NCBI GenBank assembly: GCA_007376445.1
Contig: VMGF01000002.1
Location: 13,673-77,672, forward strand
Direction: 5' to 3'
Origin: Parcubacteria group bacterium Gr01-1014_3
GTDB lineage: Bacteria; Patescibacteriota; Minisyncoccia; UBA6257; WO2-44-18
DNA length: 64,000 nucleotides
Each line of letters begins with the position of its first letter. Position 1 is the stretch's first letter. The notes under the pieces are model-generated. The model was not told where the DNA came from and ran no database searches. It worked only from the letters and a program-made list of their open reading frames with translations. Shown here piece after piece: positions 37,990-46,261 of this stretch. Position numbers and translations under genes: made by a program.

Positions 37990-38358
37990 ATGGAATTATT
38001 CGAGAGACTTTGGGAAGAAATGCAGGAAGCATTTCGCCGTCGTAATCTCTTTGCGGCGATCAAGGTTTTGAGGTTTTCCACGCCAATAACGATGGGGTTA
38101 AAGGAAACCAAGAATTATGTCGAGCGCTATTGGAATATGGATGGTGGACTAGAGGCCATGAAAGCCGACCTCATGATCCAGCTCGGCATTGAGTCTCCTG
38201 CCACGGAAGAGAAGAAAAGTGTTGAGGAAATCGCTGCCATACTTCAGGGCATAAAGGTCGTACAAGATGAGAACTTCGCTCTGACAGTAAAGAAGGAAGT
38301 TTCCTGGGATCAGATGAACGAGTTTTTTGCCAAAGCAGCTCGAGAATTGGGATTCTAG
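37990..38358 (+). CDS. hypothetical protein with ribosomal L7/L12 C-terminal-domain-like motif
   Basis: AAIKVLRFSTPITMGLKETKNYVE matches the L7/L12 CTD signature (vIKvvReiTGLGLKEAKDLVd). RBS AGGAGGTG. Confidence 0.4.
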   Translation: MELFERLWEEMQEAFRRRNLFAAIKVLRFSTPITMGLKETKNYVERYWNMDGGLEAMKADLMIQLGIESPATEEKKSVEEIAAILQGIKVVQDENFALTVKKEVSWDQMNEFFAKAARELGF

Positions 38359-38423
38359 CATCCAGCGGCGAAGATTAATCTTCGCCGCTTTTATTTTTCT
38401 AATTTTTTGGTATAATCAAGCGA

Positions 38424-39494
38424 ATGAAATTAAGTATCGGCATCGTGGGGTTGCCAAACGTCGGTAAGTCCACCTTGTTTAAAATCCTCACGAAAAACGA
38501 GGTAAATATCGCCAATTATCCATTCTGCACCATTGATCCGAATGTGGGTGTGGTTAGCGTACCCGATGAACGGCTGGATCAGCTCGCCAAGATGAGTAAG
38601 TCGGCTAAGATCATCCCAGCGATCGTGGAATTTTATGATATTGCCGGTCTGGTCAAAGGCGCTAACAAAGGCGAAGGTTTAGGTAATCAGTTTTTAACTC
38701 ACATCCGCGAAACCGACGCGATCGTAATGGTACTCCGGGTATTTAAAAATGAAGAAATCATCCACGTGGAAAATTCCGTGGATCCGATCCGCGATATGGA
38801 AATCATCAACACCGAGCTAGCCCTGAAGGACTTGGAATCGGTGGAAAAACTTTATAAAAAAGCGGAAGGCGAGTCTAAGATCGGCGGTACGCCGGCGCAA
38901 AAACAAGCAATTAAAGATTTTGAAGCCGTCAAAAAAATTAAATCAGTCCTGGAAGCCGGTCAAAATTTAAATACTCCGGAATTTGCCGAAGCCTTGGAGA
39001 ACGAAAAAGTTGCCGCGTTAAATTTGCTCTCCGGAAAAAAGCAGATCTATTTACTCAACGGAAAACTCGAAGATGTCTCCGAAGAATTAAAAAAGAAGAT
39101 CGCGGAGAGGCTTGCCCGCAGTAGCTTCAGCGAAGGCGGGGGAGGATATGTGATTATGGATTTATCTATAGCCACCGATATACCGGAGCTAGTTAAAAAG
39201 GCCTACGAAGTGCTCGGCCTAATCAGCTTCTTTACCACGGGCGAAGATGAGACCCGCGCCTGGACTATTAAGAAAAACAGCAAAGCTTCGCAAGCCGCTG
39301 GCGCGATCCATACTGATTTTGAAAAGAAATTCATCCGCGCGGAAGTAGTTAACTGGCAAAAATTACTCGAAGCCCATTCGGCGAGCTCAGGGCAAGCCGG
39401 TTGGTCCGCCGCCAAACAAAAAGGCTGGATGCGTTTAGAGGGTAAGGACTATATCGTACAGGATGGCGATGTTATGGAGATTAGGCATGGCTAG
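38424..39494 (+). CDS. ychF: ribosome-binding ATPase YchF (Obg family)
   Basis: GIVGLPNVGKSTLF. TGS-like C-terminus. ~356 aa. Confidence 0.9.
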   Translation: MKLSIGIVGLPNVGKSTLFKILTKNEVNIANYPFCTIDPNVGVVSVPDERLDQLAKMSKSAKIIPAIVEFYDIAGLVKGANKGEGLGNQFLTHIRETDAIVMVLRVFKNEEIIHVENSVDPIRDMEIINTELALKDLESVEKLYKKAEGESKIGGTPAQKQAIKDFEAVKKIKSVLEAGQNLNTPEFAEALENEKVAALNLLSGKKQIYLLNGKLEDVSEELKKKIAERLARSSFSEGGGGYVIMDLSIATDIPELVKKAYEVLGLISFFTTGEDETRAWTIKKNSKASQAAGAIHTDFEKKFIRAEVVNWQKLLEAHSASSGQAGWSAAKQKGWMRLEGKDYIVQDGDVMEIRHG

Positions 39495-39503
39495 ACTTAT
39501 TGG

Positions 39504-39539
39504 GTCTATAGGCTAATTCGCACGAATTAGCCTATAGAC
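39504..39539. repeat. perfect 36-bp palindrome (gtctataggctaattcg·cac·gaattagcctatagac)
   Basis: Read directly from the sequence. No flanking T-run on the + strand. Confidence 0.6.
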
Positions 39540-39573
39540 GGGGTAATGGAAATCCGTCATGGATAAGGGCTCC

Positions 39574-39724
39574 AGCCAACTATTTTTTCGGAAACAGAAT
39601 AATCCGGCTCCAGCAGCCGGATTTTCTTCGCCCTCGGCACGCCGCTCCGACCTAATAGGTCGGAGACCGATTATAGGATAGTCCAGCCGGCGCGCCTCCG
39701 GGATGTTCCGAAAAATTAGTTGTC
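39574..39724. repeat. structured ~150-nt repeat / candidate ncRNA, copy 2
   Basis: The 5' 60 nt and 3' 25 nt align with 3366-3497. Stem-preserving changes in the ccggcYccagcRgccgg hairpin. Variable middle. Confidence 0.5.
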
Positions 39725-39764
39725 CTCCGCCTTGTTAAATAAAGGAAAATTTTTAAATTAAAAA

Positions 39765-39801
39765 GACCCGCAAGGCTGTGATACAGCTAACCTTGCGGGT
39801 C
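39765..39801 (-). terminator. rho-independent terminator
   Basis: gacccgcaagg…ccttgcgggtc followed by a T-run on the minus strand. Confidence 0.65.
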
Positions 39802-39820
39802 TCACCGGGTTGGAGGCGGT

Positions 39821-40093
39821 TTAGGCGACTTGCCGGGTCGATTCGTCTTCGTCGAGAAGGCTCTTCACGTCCTCGACGCTCTTGAAATCGGTCACCAGAG
39901 TCGTCCAGCCTTCGAGTTCGGAAAGGGTGATCAACACCCTCTTGCCGAGCTTCTCTTCGATGTACGGCGGATACTCTCGATCCTTGGGCTTGCGGAACGT
40001 CATCGTCACCGGCCTCGACCTGTTGTCCTTGTCACCGGCGTCGCGGCCACCACAAAGTAGCACTTCCAGCGCGCCAAACATGAGCTTCTTCAT
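39821..40093 (-). CDS. small secreted/lipoprotein-like hypothetical protein
   Basis: MKKLMFGALEVLLCGG signal/lipobox-like N-terminus. RBS GGAGGT. Terminator downstream. Confidence 0.4.
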   Translation of the reverse strand: MKKLMFGALEVLLCGGRDAGDKDNRSRPVTMTFRKPKDREYPPYIEEKLGKRVLITLSELEGWTTLVTDFKSVEDVKSLLDEDESTRQVA

Positions 40094-40296
40094 CTGAAAC
40101 CTCCAAAAAAAGTTCTGCCTGTATTATAGACTAGAACTGTTATTCTGTCAAGCGCCATTCTTACGGCCTAATTCGTGCAAATATGTCCTACGTCTTATGG
40201 TCTAATTCCCGCCAGAGGCGGGCAAGCGTACGAATGGGCGAATAAGGAGGGGATAGTGGAATTTCGACTTTACGAAGTTTCGATTATAATGAATAC

Positions 40297-40701
40297 ATGC
40301 CCAAAGAAGTTTCACCAGAACATTTAGCGATCGAACAGGATATCGCGGCTATATCGGCCGATCTTAAAGCCCGCCGCGGCGGGCAAGCTCGCAAAAACGC
40401 GGAGCAAGGAATATCAAAAGAAGATATGAAGTCCGCCGTGAGCACGAGGATTGAAAGTTCACCCGCCCCTGGCGCTAGTTCGTCCTCACAAAGCTCGGCC
40501 TCCACGCTTCCTTCATACACTCAAAACGCTCCGGAAGAGGTGCGTCTCAAAATAGAGAAGCTTATTGATCTCGCCTGGCATAAAGGAATCTGGCGGGCGG
40601 TTCAGGAAGCTAAGAACAGCGACCCGCTGACCTTGGACGCGTTGCACGACGCGTTAACGGATAAGATCTACGAAGAATTCAAAAAGCGGGGATTACTATG
40701 A
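40297..40701 (+). CDS. hypothetical protein with Ser/Ala-rich low-complexity centre
   Basis: 134-aa ORF. No domain recognised. Confidence 0.35.
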   Translation: MPKEVSPEHLAIEQDIAAISADLKARRGGQARKNAEQGISKEDMKSAVSTRIESSPAPGASSSSQSSASTLPSYTQNAPEEVRLKIEKLIDLAWHKGIWRAVQEAKNSDPLTLDALHDALTDKIYEEFKKRGLL

Positions 40702-40744
40702 ATAGTCGAAAGTTCGTAAAGTCAAAAGTCCTTAAAGCACATTA

Positions 40745-43075
40745 ATGTATAACGCACTTTTAATTTCTTTCGGAATTCCGCTGGTAGTTTTTCTGATCGG
40801 AATCGGCGTAGCCGTGGCGGTTAAAAATCACCGGAAAAGATTTCTTGGAGTTTTAAATTTAAAACCCCTGATTGTCACGCTACGTCAGAAAACCGATGGT
40901 GATAAAAAAGATCCACTCGCTGAAATCAGCCTTTCCAGTCAGCTTTTTAGTTTACTGACCAACCTCAAAAATCCCTTCTCACTCGAACTTGCCGTGCATA
41001 ATGTTGGCGAAGACATTCATTTTTATATTTCCGTGCCGGAAGATTCGATCGATTCGGTGAGCCGTCAAATTCAAGGACTATGGTCCGAGGCGGATGTGCG
41101 GAAAGCGGGGGATTACACTATTTTTAATTCCGGCGGAGTGGCCCGCGTGGCATTTTTAAAACAAAAGAATCATTACGCTCTTCCGGTCCGGACTTATACT
41201 GAAGCTGGTCTGGACACCTTTTTAACTATCCTGAATAATTTTTCCAAGGTAGAGATGGTAGGGGAGGGTTTGGCTCTCCAGGTAGTGGCGAAACCGGCTC
41301 AATCCAGCACGGTAAAAAATATAGACAGGATGATCATGGGGCTTAAAAAAGGCGTGAAGTTATCCGATGCCTTGAATGGCAAAGTTTCACTGCCAACGCC
41401 GAAAAAAGATGAAGTAGCGCCACAAATCATTGTTGATGAAGAAGCAGTCAAAAATCTGATCTCCAAGATCTCTAAACCGCTTTTTGAGGTGAATGTGCGC
41501 CTAGTCGCGTCCGCTATGTCGGCTTATCGCTCAGAGGAACTTTTAAATAACTTAAGCGCCGCCTTTTCTCAGTTTACCGCCCCAAACCGGAATGAATTCA
41601 AGGTTAATGAACCGGCCAATCCTTCCAAGCTGATTTTTAAATATATATTCCGCCAGTTCGATTCCTCAGAATCGATGACTCTAGGCGCCGATGAATTAGC
41701 GAGCATATTTCATTTCCCAACTTCCACCACCGAAGTTCCGAAGGTTAAATGGCTTAAATCTAAAGAGGCCCCACCGCCAGCCGTCTTGCCGGAAAATGGC
41801 GTGGTGATCGGCGAAAGCCGCTTCCGAGGCGAAGTTAAAACCGTCAGAATAACCGACGAAGACCGCCGGCGCCATGTTTATATCATCGGTCAGACGGGTA
41901 CCGGTAAATCCACCCTGCTTATCGAAATGGCCGCTTCCGATATCGCGGCTGGAAAAGGTTTGGCCGTCATCGATCCACACGGCGATCTGATTGATTCTAT
42001 CCTTGCCCACATCCCAAAGAATCGGGTGGATGATGTGGTGGTATTTGATCCGGGTGATACCGACCGGCCACTTGGTTTGAATATGCTTGAGTACAACCCA
42101 GCGCGACCGGAGGAGAAAACTTTTATCGTCAACGAGATGCAGAGTATTTTCAATAGACTTTTCACCGCTGAAACCATGGGCCCGATGTTTGAACAGTACA
42201 TGCGGAACGCGCTTTTGCTTTTAATGGATGACCCAAATGAAAAAGCGACCTTAATGGAAATTCCCCGCGTGTTTACCGATGCCGAATACCGGAAACGGCT
42301 GATCGCCAAGGCGAAAAATCCGGCGGTGATTGATTTCTGGGAAAAGGAAGCCGTGAAAGCCGGTGGTGATGCTTCGCTCGCGAATATGACGCCTTACATC
42401 ACTTCGAAATTCAACAATTTCACATCCAACGACTACATCCGGCCAATCATTGGCCAGCCGGTGTCAGCCTTTAATTTCCGGAAGATCATGGATGAAGGCA
42501 AAATCCTTTTAGTTAATCTTTCGAAGGGCAAGATAGGGGATATCAACTCCAATCTTCTGGGCATGGTAATCGTTGGTAAAATTCTGATGGCCGCGCTGTC
42601 CCGCGTGGATCTGCCACAAGAGCAGAGAAAGGACTTTAACCTGTACATAGATGAGTTCCAGAATTTCACCACGGATTCTATTTCCACGATTCTTTCCGAG
42701 GCCCGGAAATATCGTCTGAACTTGATAATCGCGCACCAATTTATCGGCCAATTAAATGAAAAAATCCGGAACGCGGTGTTTGGCAACGTAGGGGCGCAGA
42801 TAGTCTTCCGGGTAGGGGCCGAAGATGCTGATTTTCTCATAAAACAGTTCGAGCCGGTCTTTTCCAAGCAGGATCTGCTTAATATTGACAATTTTAATAG
42901 TTATGTTAAAATGCTCGTGAACGGTCAGACAACCAAGCCGTTCAACATAGCGCTATTGGCGCCTAATAAGGGAATCCCCGGTTTAAGCTCAAAATTAAAG
43001 GAATTATCGAGATTAAGATATGGTAAGCAAAGAGCGGAAGTAGAGGGGGATATCCTGGGGCGTTTAAGGGGCTAA
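40745..43075 (+). CDS. membrane-anchored P-loop ATPase of the FtsK/HerA superfamily (VirD4/TraG/DUF87-like)
   Basis: N-terminal TM. Walker A YIIGQTGTGKSTLL. DPHGDL. Walker B-like LYIDEFQNF followed by ARKYRLNLIIAHQFIGQL. ~370-aa N-terminal region of unknown function. Confidence 0.55.
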   Translation: MYNALLISFGIPLVVFLIGIGVAVAVKNHRKRFLGVLNLKPLIVTLRQKTDGDKKDPLAEISLSSQLFSLLTNLKNPFSLELAVHNVGEDIHFYISVPEDSIDSVSRQIQGLWSEADVRKAGDYTIFNSGGVARVAFLKQKNHYALPVRTYTEAGLDTFLTILNNFSKVEMVGEGLALQVVAKPAQSSTVKNIDRMIMGLKKGVKLSDALNGKVSLPTPKKDEVAPQIIVDEEAVKNLISKISKPLFEVNVRLVASAMSAYRSEELLNNLSAAFSQFTAPNRNEFKVNEPANPSKLIFKYIFRQFDSSESMTLGADELASIFHFPTSTTEVPKVKWLKSKEAPPPAVLPENGVVIGESRFRGEVKTVRITDEDRRRHVYIIGQTGTGKSTLLIEMAASDIAAGKGLAVIDPHGDLIDSILAHIPKNRVDDVVVFDPGDTDRPLGLNMLEYNPARPEEKTFIVNEMQSIFNRLFTAETMGPMFEQYMRNALLLLMDDPNEKATLMEIPRVFTDAEYRKRLIAKAKNPAVIDFWEKEAVKAGGDASLANMTPYITSKFNNFTSNDYIRPIIGQPVSAFNFRKIMDEGKILLVNLSKGKIGDINSNLLGMVIVGKILMAALSRVDLPQEQRKDFNLYIDEFQNFTTDSISTILSEARKYRLNLIIAHQFIGQLNEKIRNAVFGNVGAQIVFRVGAEDADFLIKQFEPVFSKQDLLNIDNFNSYVKMLVNGQTTKPFNIALLAPNKGIPGLSSKLKELSRLRYGKQRAEVEGDILGRLRG

Positions 43076-43199
43076 GGCCCGCCGAAGGCGGACAGGTAGA
43101 GATAAAAATCGCGACCTTGTGTGAGGAAGCGGTTAAAAATATAGGAAGTTCTTTTCAAAACAAAAAACCCACGCCGATGGCTGGGTAAAGGAGGAAGGT

Positions 43200-44297
43200 A
43201 TGATCACGTGCAGAGAGGCGCTGAGTACGCCTGGCTTCACTCACTGGTTGGTGAGAAACTTCGCGGACCACGCATCTCTGGATTACAGTAATCCAGCGGA
43301 TGAGGAGAGGATCGTGAAGTGGTTCCTGGCGCGCGTTGCCTGCAGAGAAGCAGCTCCGCTGATGCGCCAGATGTACCGCGAAATGTTCCTCGGCGACATT
43401 GGGCTTTGCCTGTCGAATTCCATCCTGGGATCGGTCGAGAAGTATCTCGATCGTCTGGCGATCGAGAATCCGGAAGGCGCGGCCTACTACTGTGAGCGGG
43501 CCAAGCGCTGGCATGAGATCCCGCGCGAGATCCAGAGGCTGACGGAAGAGTACGCGCAGGCAGGCGGTGAAGGCCGCCGCGACCAGGCGAGTCTCGACCT
43601 CGCTTCCACTCAGCGCGACTGCGAACTTCGCAAGCGCGTGGGTCGCTTCCTTCCCCTCTGGCGTTCTGCCGAAGAGAAAGAGGTGATGCAGTACCCGTTC
43701 GGCGCACTGGAGAGTTCGATCCAGACGTTCAAGGTTGAGTTGAACAGGTTCGCCCAAATCGAACAGCAGATCCCGGCTCTTCAAAAGGAGCGTTGGGATC
43801 TCAAGCGTGAGTTCCTCACGGTCATGGATATCGTAAAGGAACTGCTTGTTGAGATTCGCATGGAGGTGAGCTCCAAGCTCATTGAAATGGTGAGCAGGGT
43901 TCGGGTCAAGAAGGACTGGCGGGATCGCTCGGTTGAGGAACTCGAAGTGGCGCAGAGCTATCTCGAGAAGATGCAGGCGGCGGGAGCGGAGTTCGGATTG
44001 GATTACCTGGCCGATATCGACAATGTGGTGGGTTTCCAGAAAAATCTGGATGACGCCATCTCCCGGAGCCTGTATGAAGATCTGAAGAAGCGGATGGTCG
44101 CGCAAAACAAGCAGCCGGCCTCCGTTGCTCTTCCGGCCGTCGAGAACCTGATCAATCAGGCGCTCGCCCGCACTCAGTTGGGATCCCTCCGGGATTACCA
44201 AGCTCGCGAGGCCGTGGTCAAAACGCTGCAGGATCTCCACAGAGATGGAGCCATCAGCGGAGCTCACAAGCTCTTGTTTCGACCCATGGCCCGATAG
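43200..44297 (+). CDS. hypothetical all-alpha protein, GC-anomalous (~58 percent GC)
   Basis: Strong RBS AAGGAGG 6 nt upstream. Intrinsic terminator at 44341-44378. The antisense 413-aa ORF is rejected. Confidence 0.5.
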   Translation: MITCREALSTPGFTHWLVRNFADHASLDYSNPADEERIVKWFLARVACREAAPLMRQMYREMFLGDIGLCLSNSILGSVEKYLDRLAIENPEGAAYYCERAKRWHEIPREIQRLTEEYAQAGGEGRRDQASLDLASTQRDCELRKRVGRFLPLWRSAEEKEVMQYPFGALESSIQTFKVELNRFAQIEQQIPALQKERWDLKREFLTVMDIVKELLVEIRMEVSSKLIEMVSRVRVKKDWRDRSVEELEVAQSYLEKMQAAGAEFGLDYLADIDNVVGFQKNLDDAISRSLYEDLKKRMVAQNKQPASVALPAVENLINQALARTQLGSLRDYQAREAVVKTLQDLHRDGAISGAHKLLFRPMAR

Positions 44298-44340
44298 CAG
44301 CCCCTCCTCCAGCCCTAGCCGCCAACAGGCGGCAGGGCAG

Positions 44341-44378
44341 CCCCTAGACGACACACATCGTTTAGGGGTTTTTTTAAT
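44341..44378 (+). terminator. rho-independent terminator
   Basis: cccctagacgacacacatcgtttagggg followed by a T-run. Confidence 0.65.
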
Positions 44379-44615
44379 TCCGGTCTGAATTTTCAAGCTG
44401 ATAAGCGTAGAAAATTAAGCCACCGGAATTAAACCCCACACTAATTTTGCAGATATATAAGAAGCGCTACGCGGGCGGCGAATAGCCGTGATCCCTAGCG
44501 TATCGCTGTTTTAATTTAGAAAAGACTTAAAGATATAAAAATTTAAATATTGAAAATGCAAAATTAGTGCGGGGTAATCTAGCTATACTTTTAATGATTT
44601 TATATAATTAATAAT

Positions 44616-45131
44616 ATGAAAGAAGTAATGCCTAAAATACACCCAGAAAAGCAGGAAGTCATTGTCCGCCATCCGGAGCCGATTAAAATACCCAAAAGAT
44701 TCACGAAGCCGCCAGAAAAAAAGATGGCGCCAACGGTAGAGAAAAAAATGGAAAAAGACGCCCTGGATAAAGTCTTAGATATCCTAGAAGACGCGGAAAA
44801 TAAGCTAATAAAAGAAGGTCCGGTGAAATTAGCGGGCAAAGGCTTGCGTAAAAGTTCGGAAGTTCTTGTTGAAAGGCCCATTAAAAATATTTTCAGTGGC
44901 GTATGGGAAGGAATAAAAAAGATGTTTTCTTCCACTGAGTCGGAAACGATGGCAATGCCTAAAGGATCGACGATCGAGACCGAAGCCGAGAATGTTTTAG
45001 ATCTTTCACGCTCGGGAGCGACCAGAAAAGAATTGAAGGAGGAGGTAGGCAAGATAGAAAAGCAAGGGTTAACCACCAAAGAAAAGGAGGTGGTCGCGTT
45101 CAACCGGTTAAAGCAAAAGAAAGGTAAGTAG
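44616..45131 (+). CDS. Lys/Glu-rich, probably disordered hypothetical protein
   Basis: 171 aa, about 35 percent K+E. No domain recognised. Confidence 0.35.
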   Translation: MKEVMPKIHPEKQEVIVRHPEPIKIPKRFTKPPEKKMAPTVEKKMEKDALDKVLDILEDAENKLIKEGPVKLAGKGLRKSSEVLVERPIKNIFSGVWEGIKKMFSSTESETMAMPKGSTIETEAENVLDLSRSGATRKELKEEVGKIEKQGLTTKEKEVVAFNRLKQKKGK

Positions 45132-45240
45132 TTATTTATAAATAACCGATCTTCCGGAGCCAAAATTCGTTCTCCCACTCCCACCGAGTCAAACTCGGTT
45201 AGAGTTTGTGAGGTGAGCCGAGTCTGACTCGGCTACTATA

Positions 45241-46014
45241 TTATAAATAGCCAATTTTTTGTAACCAAAAAACATTTTCCCATTCCCACAATTTCTTAGC
45301 CGCTAAAAATGCCTGAAAATCCTCCCGCCAATAAGGGAATTCTTTTAATTCCACGATACCTTTGAGTTCTGACCAATCATGGCCATCTTCCGGGCAAGCG
45401 GGAACTGTGCCGCGCCAAGCGGTCTTAATCTTGTCCTGGCCGCCCTTTGGCCGAAGAGTAGCCTTACAGCGCTGACAATCTTTTTGCTGATCAATGCGCA
45501 GGATCCAGCGAGTTTCCAGACCGGCAAACTCCGGTTCGCGCTTTAAGGCGTCCATATAGGCAGAGGTTTGGAGATTGTAATCGCGATAGATTGATTGCGA
45601 TGTCTTAATATCCAACACGCCGAACTTACCACCAATCGTCGCCATCGCGTCGATCGTGCCGGAATACCGATGGGCAAAGTTAATGATCCGGCGCTCAACA
45701 TGCGGCGCCTCAACTTTAATATCGTTATTCTTTAAAAAATTAATCGTGGCTTCAACGGCTGGAGCAATCTCCGGGGGTATGACAGGGGATTCACCAACCA
45801 TGAATTTTTCCACGATTTCATGGACGAGCGTGCCTTCTTCGGCTGATTTTTTGGTTTTCGCTTCGGCTTCTTCAAAATTCTTCGCGGCGGCGTAATAGCG
45901 GTAAAGCGCTGGTTTGGATTTAATTTCTAAAATTTTAGTAACACGCGGGAGCCACTGACCATCAATTTCATATCCGGCCGCGGCTTTAAATTCTTCCGCT
46001 GTTTTGTAATACAT
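45241..46014 (-). CDS. PD-(D/E)xK nuclease, RecB/Cas4-like, with C-terminal Cys3-His cluster
   Basis: Motif I GTLVHEIVE. Motif II YSGTIDAM. Motif III VLDIKTS. QxxxY as LQTSAYMDAL. C-terminal CQRC…CPEDGH. Confidence 0.55.
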   Translation of the reverse strand: MYYKTAEEFKAAAGYEIDGQWLPRVTKILEIKSKPALYRYYAAAKNFEEAEAKTKKSAEEGTLVHEIVEKFMVGESPVIPPEIAPAVEATINFLKNNDIKVEAPHVERRIINFAHRYSGTIDAMATIGGKFGVLDIKTSQSIYRDYNLQTSAYMDALKREPEFAGLETRWILRIDQQKDCQRCKATLRPKGGQDKIKTAWRGTVPACPEDGHDWSELKGIVELKEFPYWREDFQAFLAAKKLWEWENVFWLQKIGYL

Positions 46015-46071
46015 GAGAATACTATAAAGTATGCCATGCCCGCCGACGAGCGGGAAGCTAGAATGATAACT

Positions 46072-46185
46072 TAATTTTAAATTTTTGAATTATAAATTTT
46101 AAATTAATTTTTAATGATTTAATTTTGAAATTGAATATTTAGTCATTAAATTAAAATTAAAAATTTAGCATTTAAAATTATTAAA
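46072..46185. repeat. AT-rich ~110-bp intergenic repeat, copy C (inverted orientation)
   Basis: Reverse complement matches copy A nearly base for base. Confidence 0.6.
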
Positions 46186-46261
46186 GATAGAGATGAATTA
46201 GTAATTCTTGATTCTGCGCTTACAGGAGAGTACAATCGAGACAGTTATTTGAAGGTGGCAA

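Noticed and set aside
43155-44396. 413-aa minus-strand ORF fully overlapping the 43200-44297 gene
   Set aside because: It is a Leu/Arg-rich antisense artefact of a GC-rich coding region. The + strand ORF has a perfect RBS and a terminator, whereas this one has neither.
45241-46014. Possible CRISPR-Cas locus suggested by the Cas4-like nuclease
   Set aside because: There is no repeat-spacer array and no cas1, cas2 or effector genes anywhere in the window. The nuclease is treated as a solitary PD-(D/E)xK protein.
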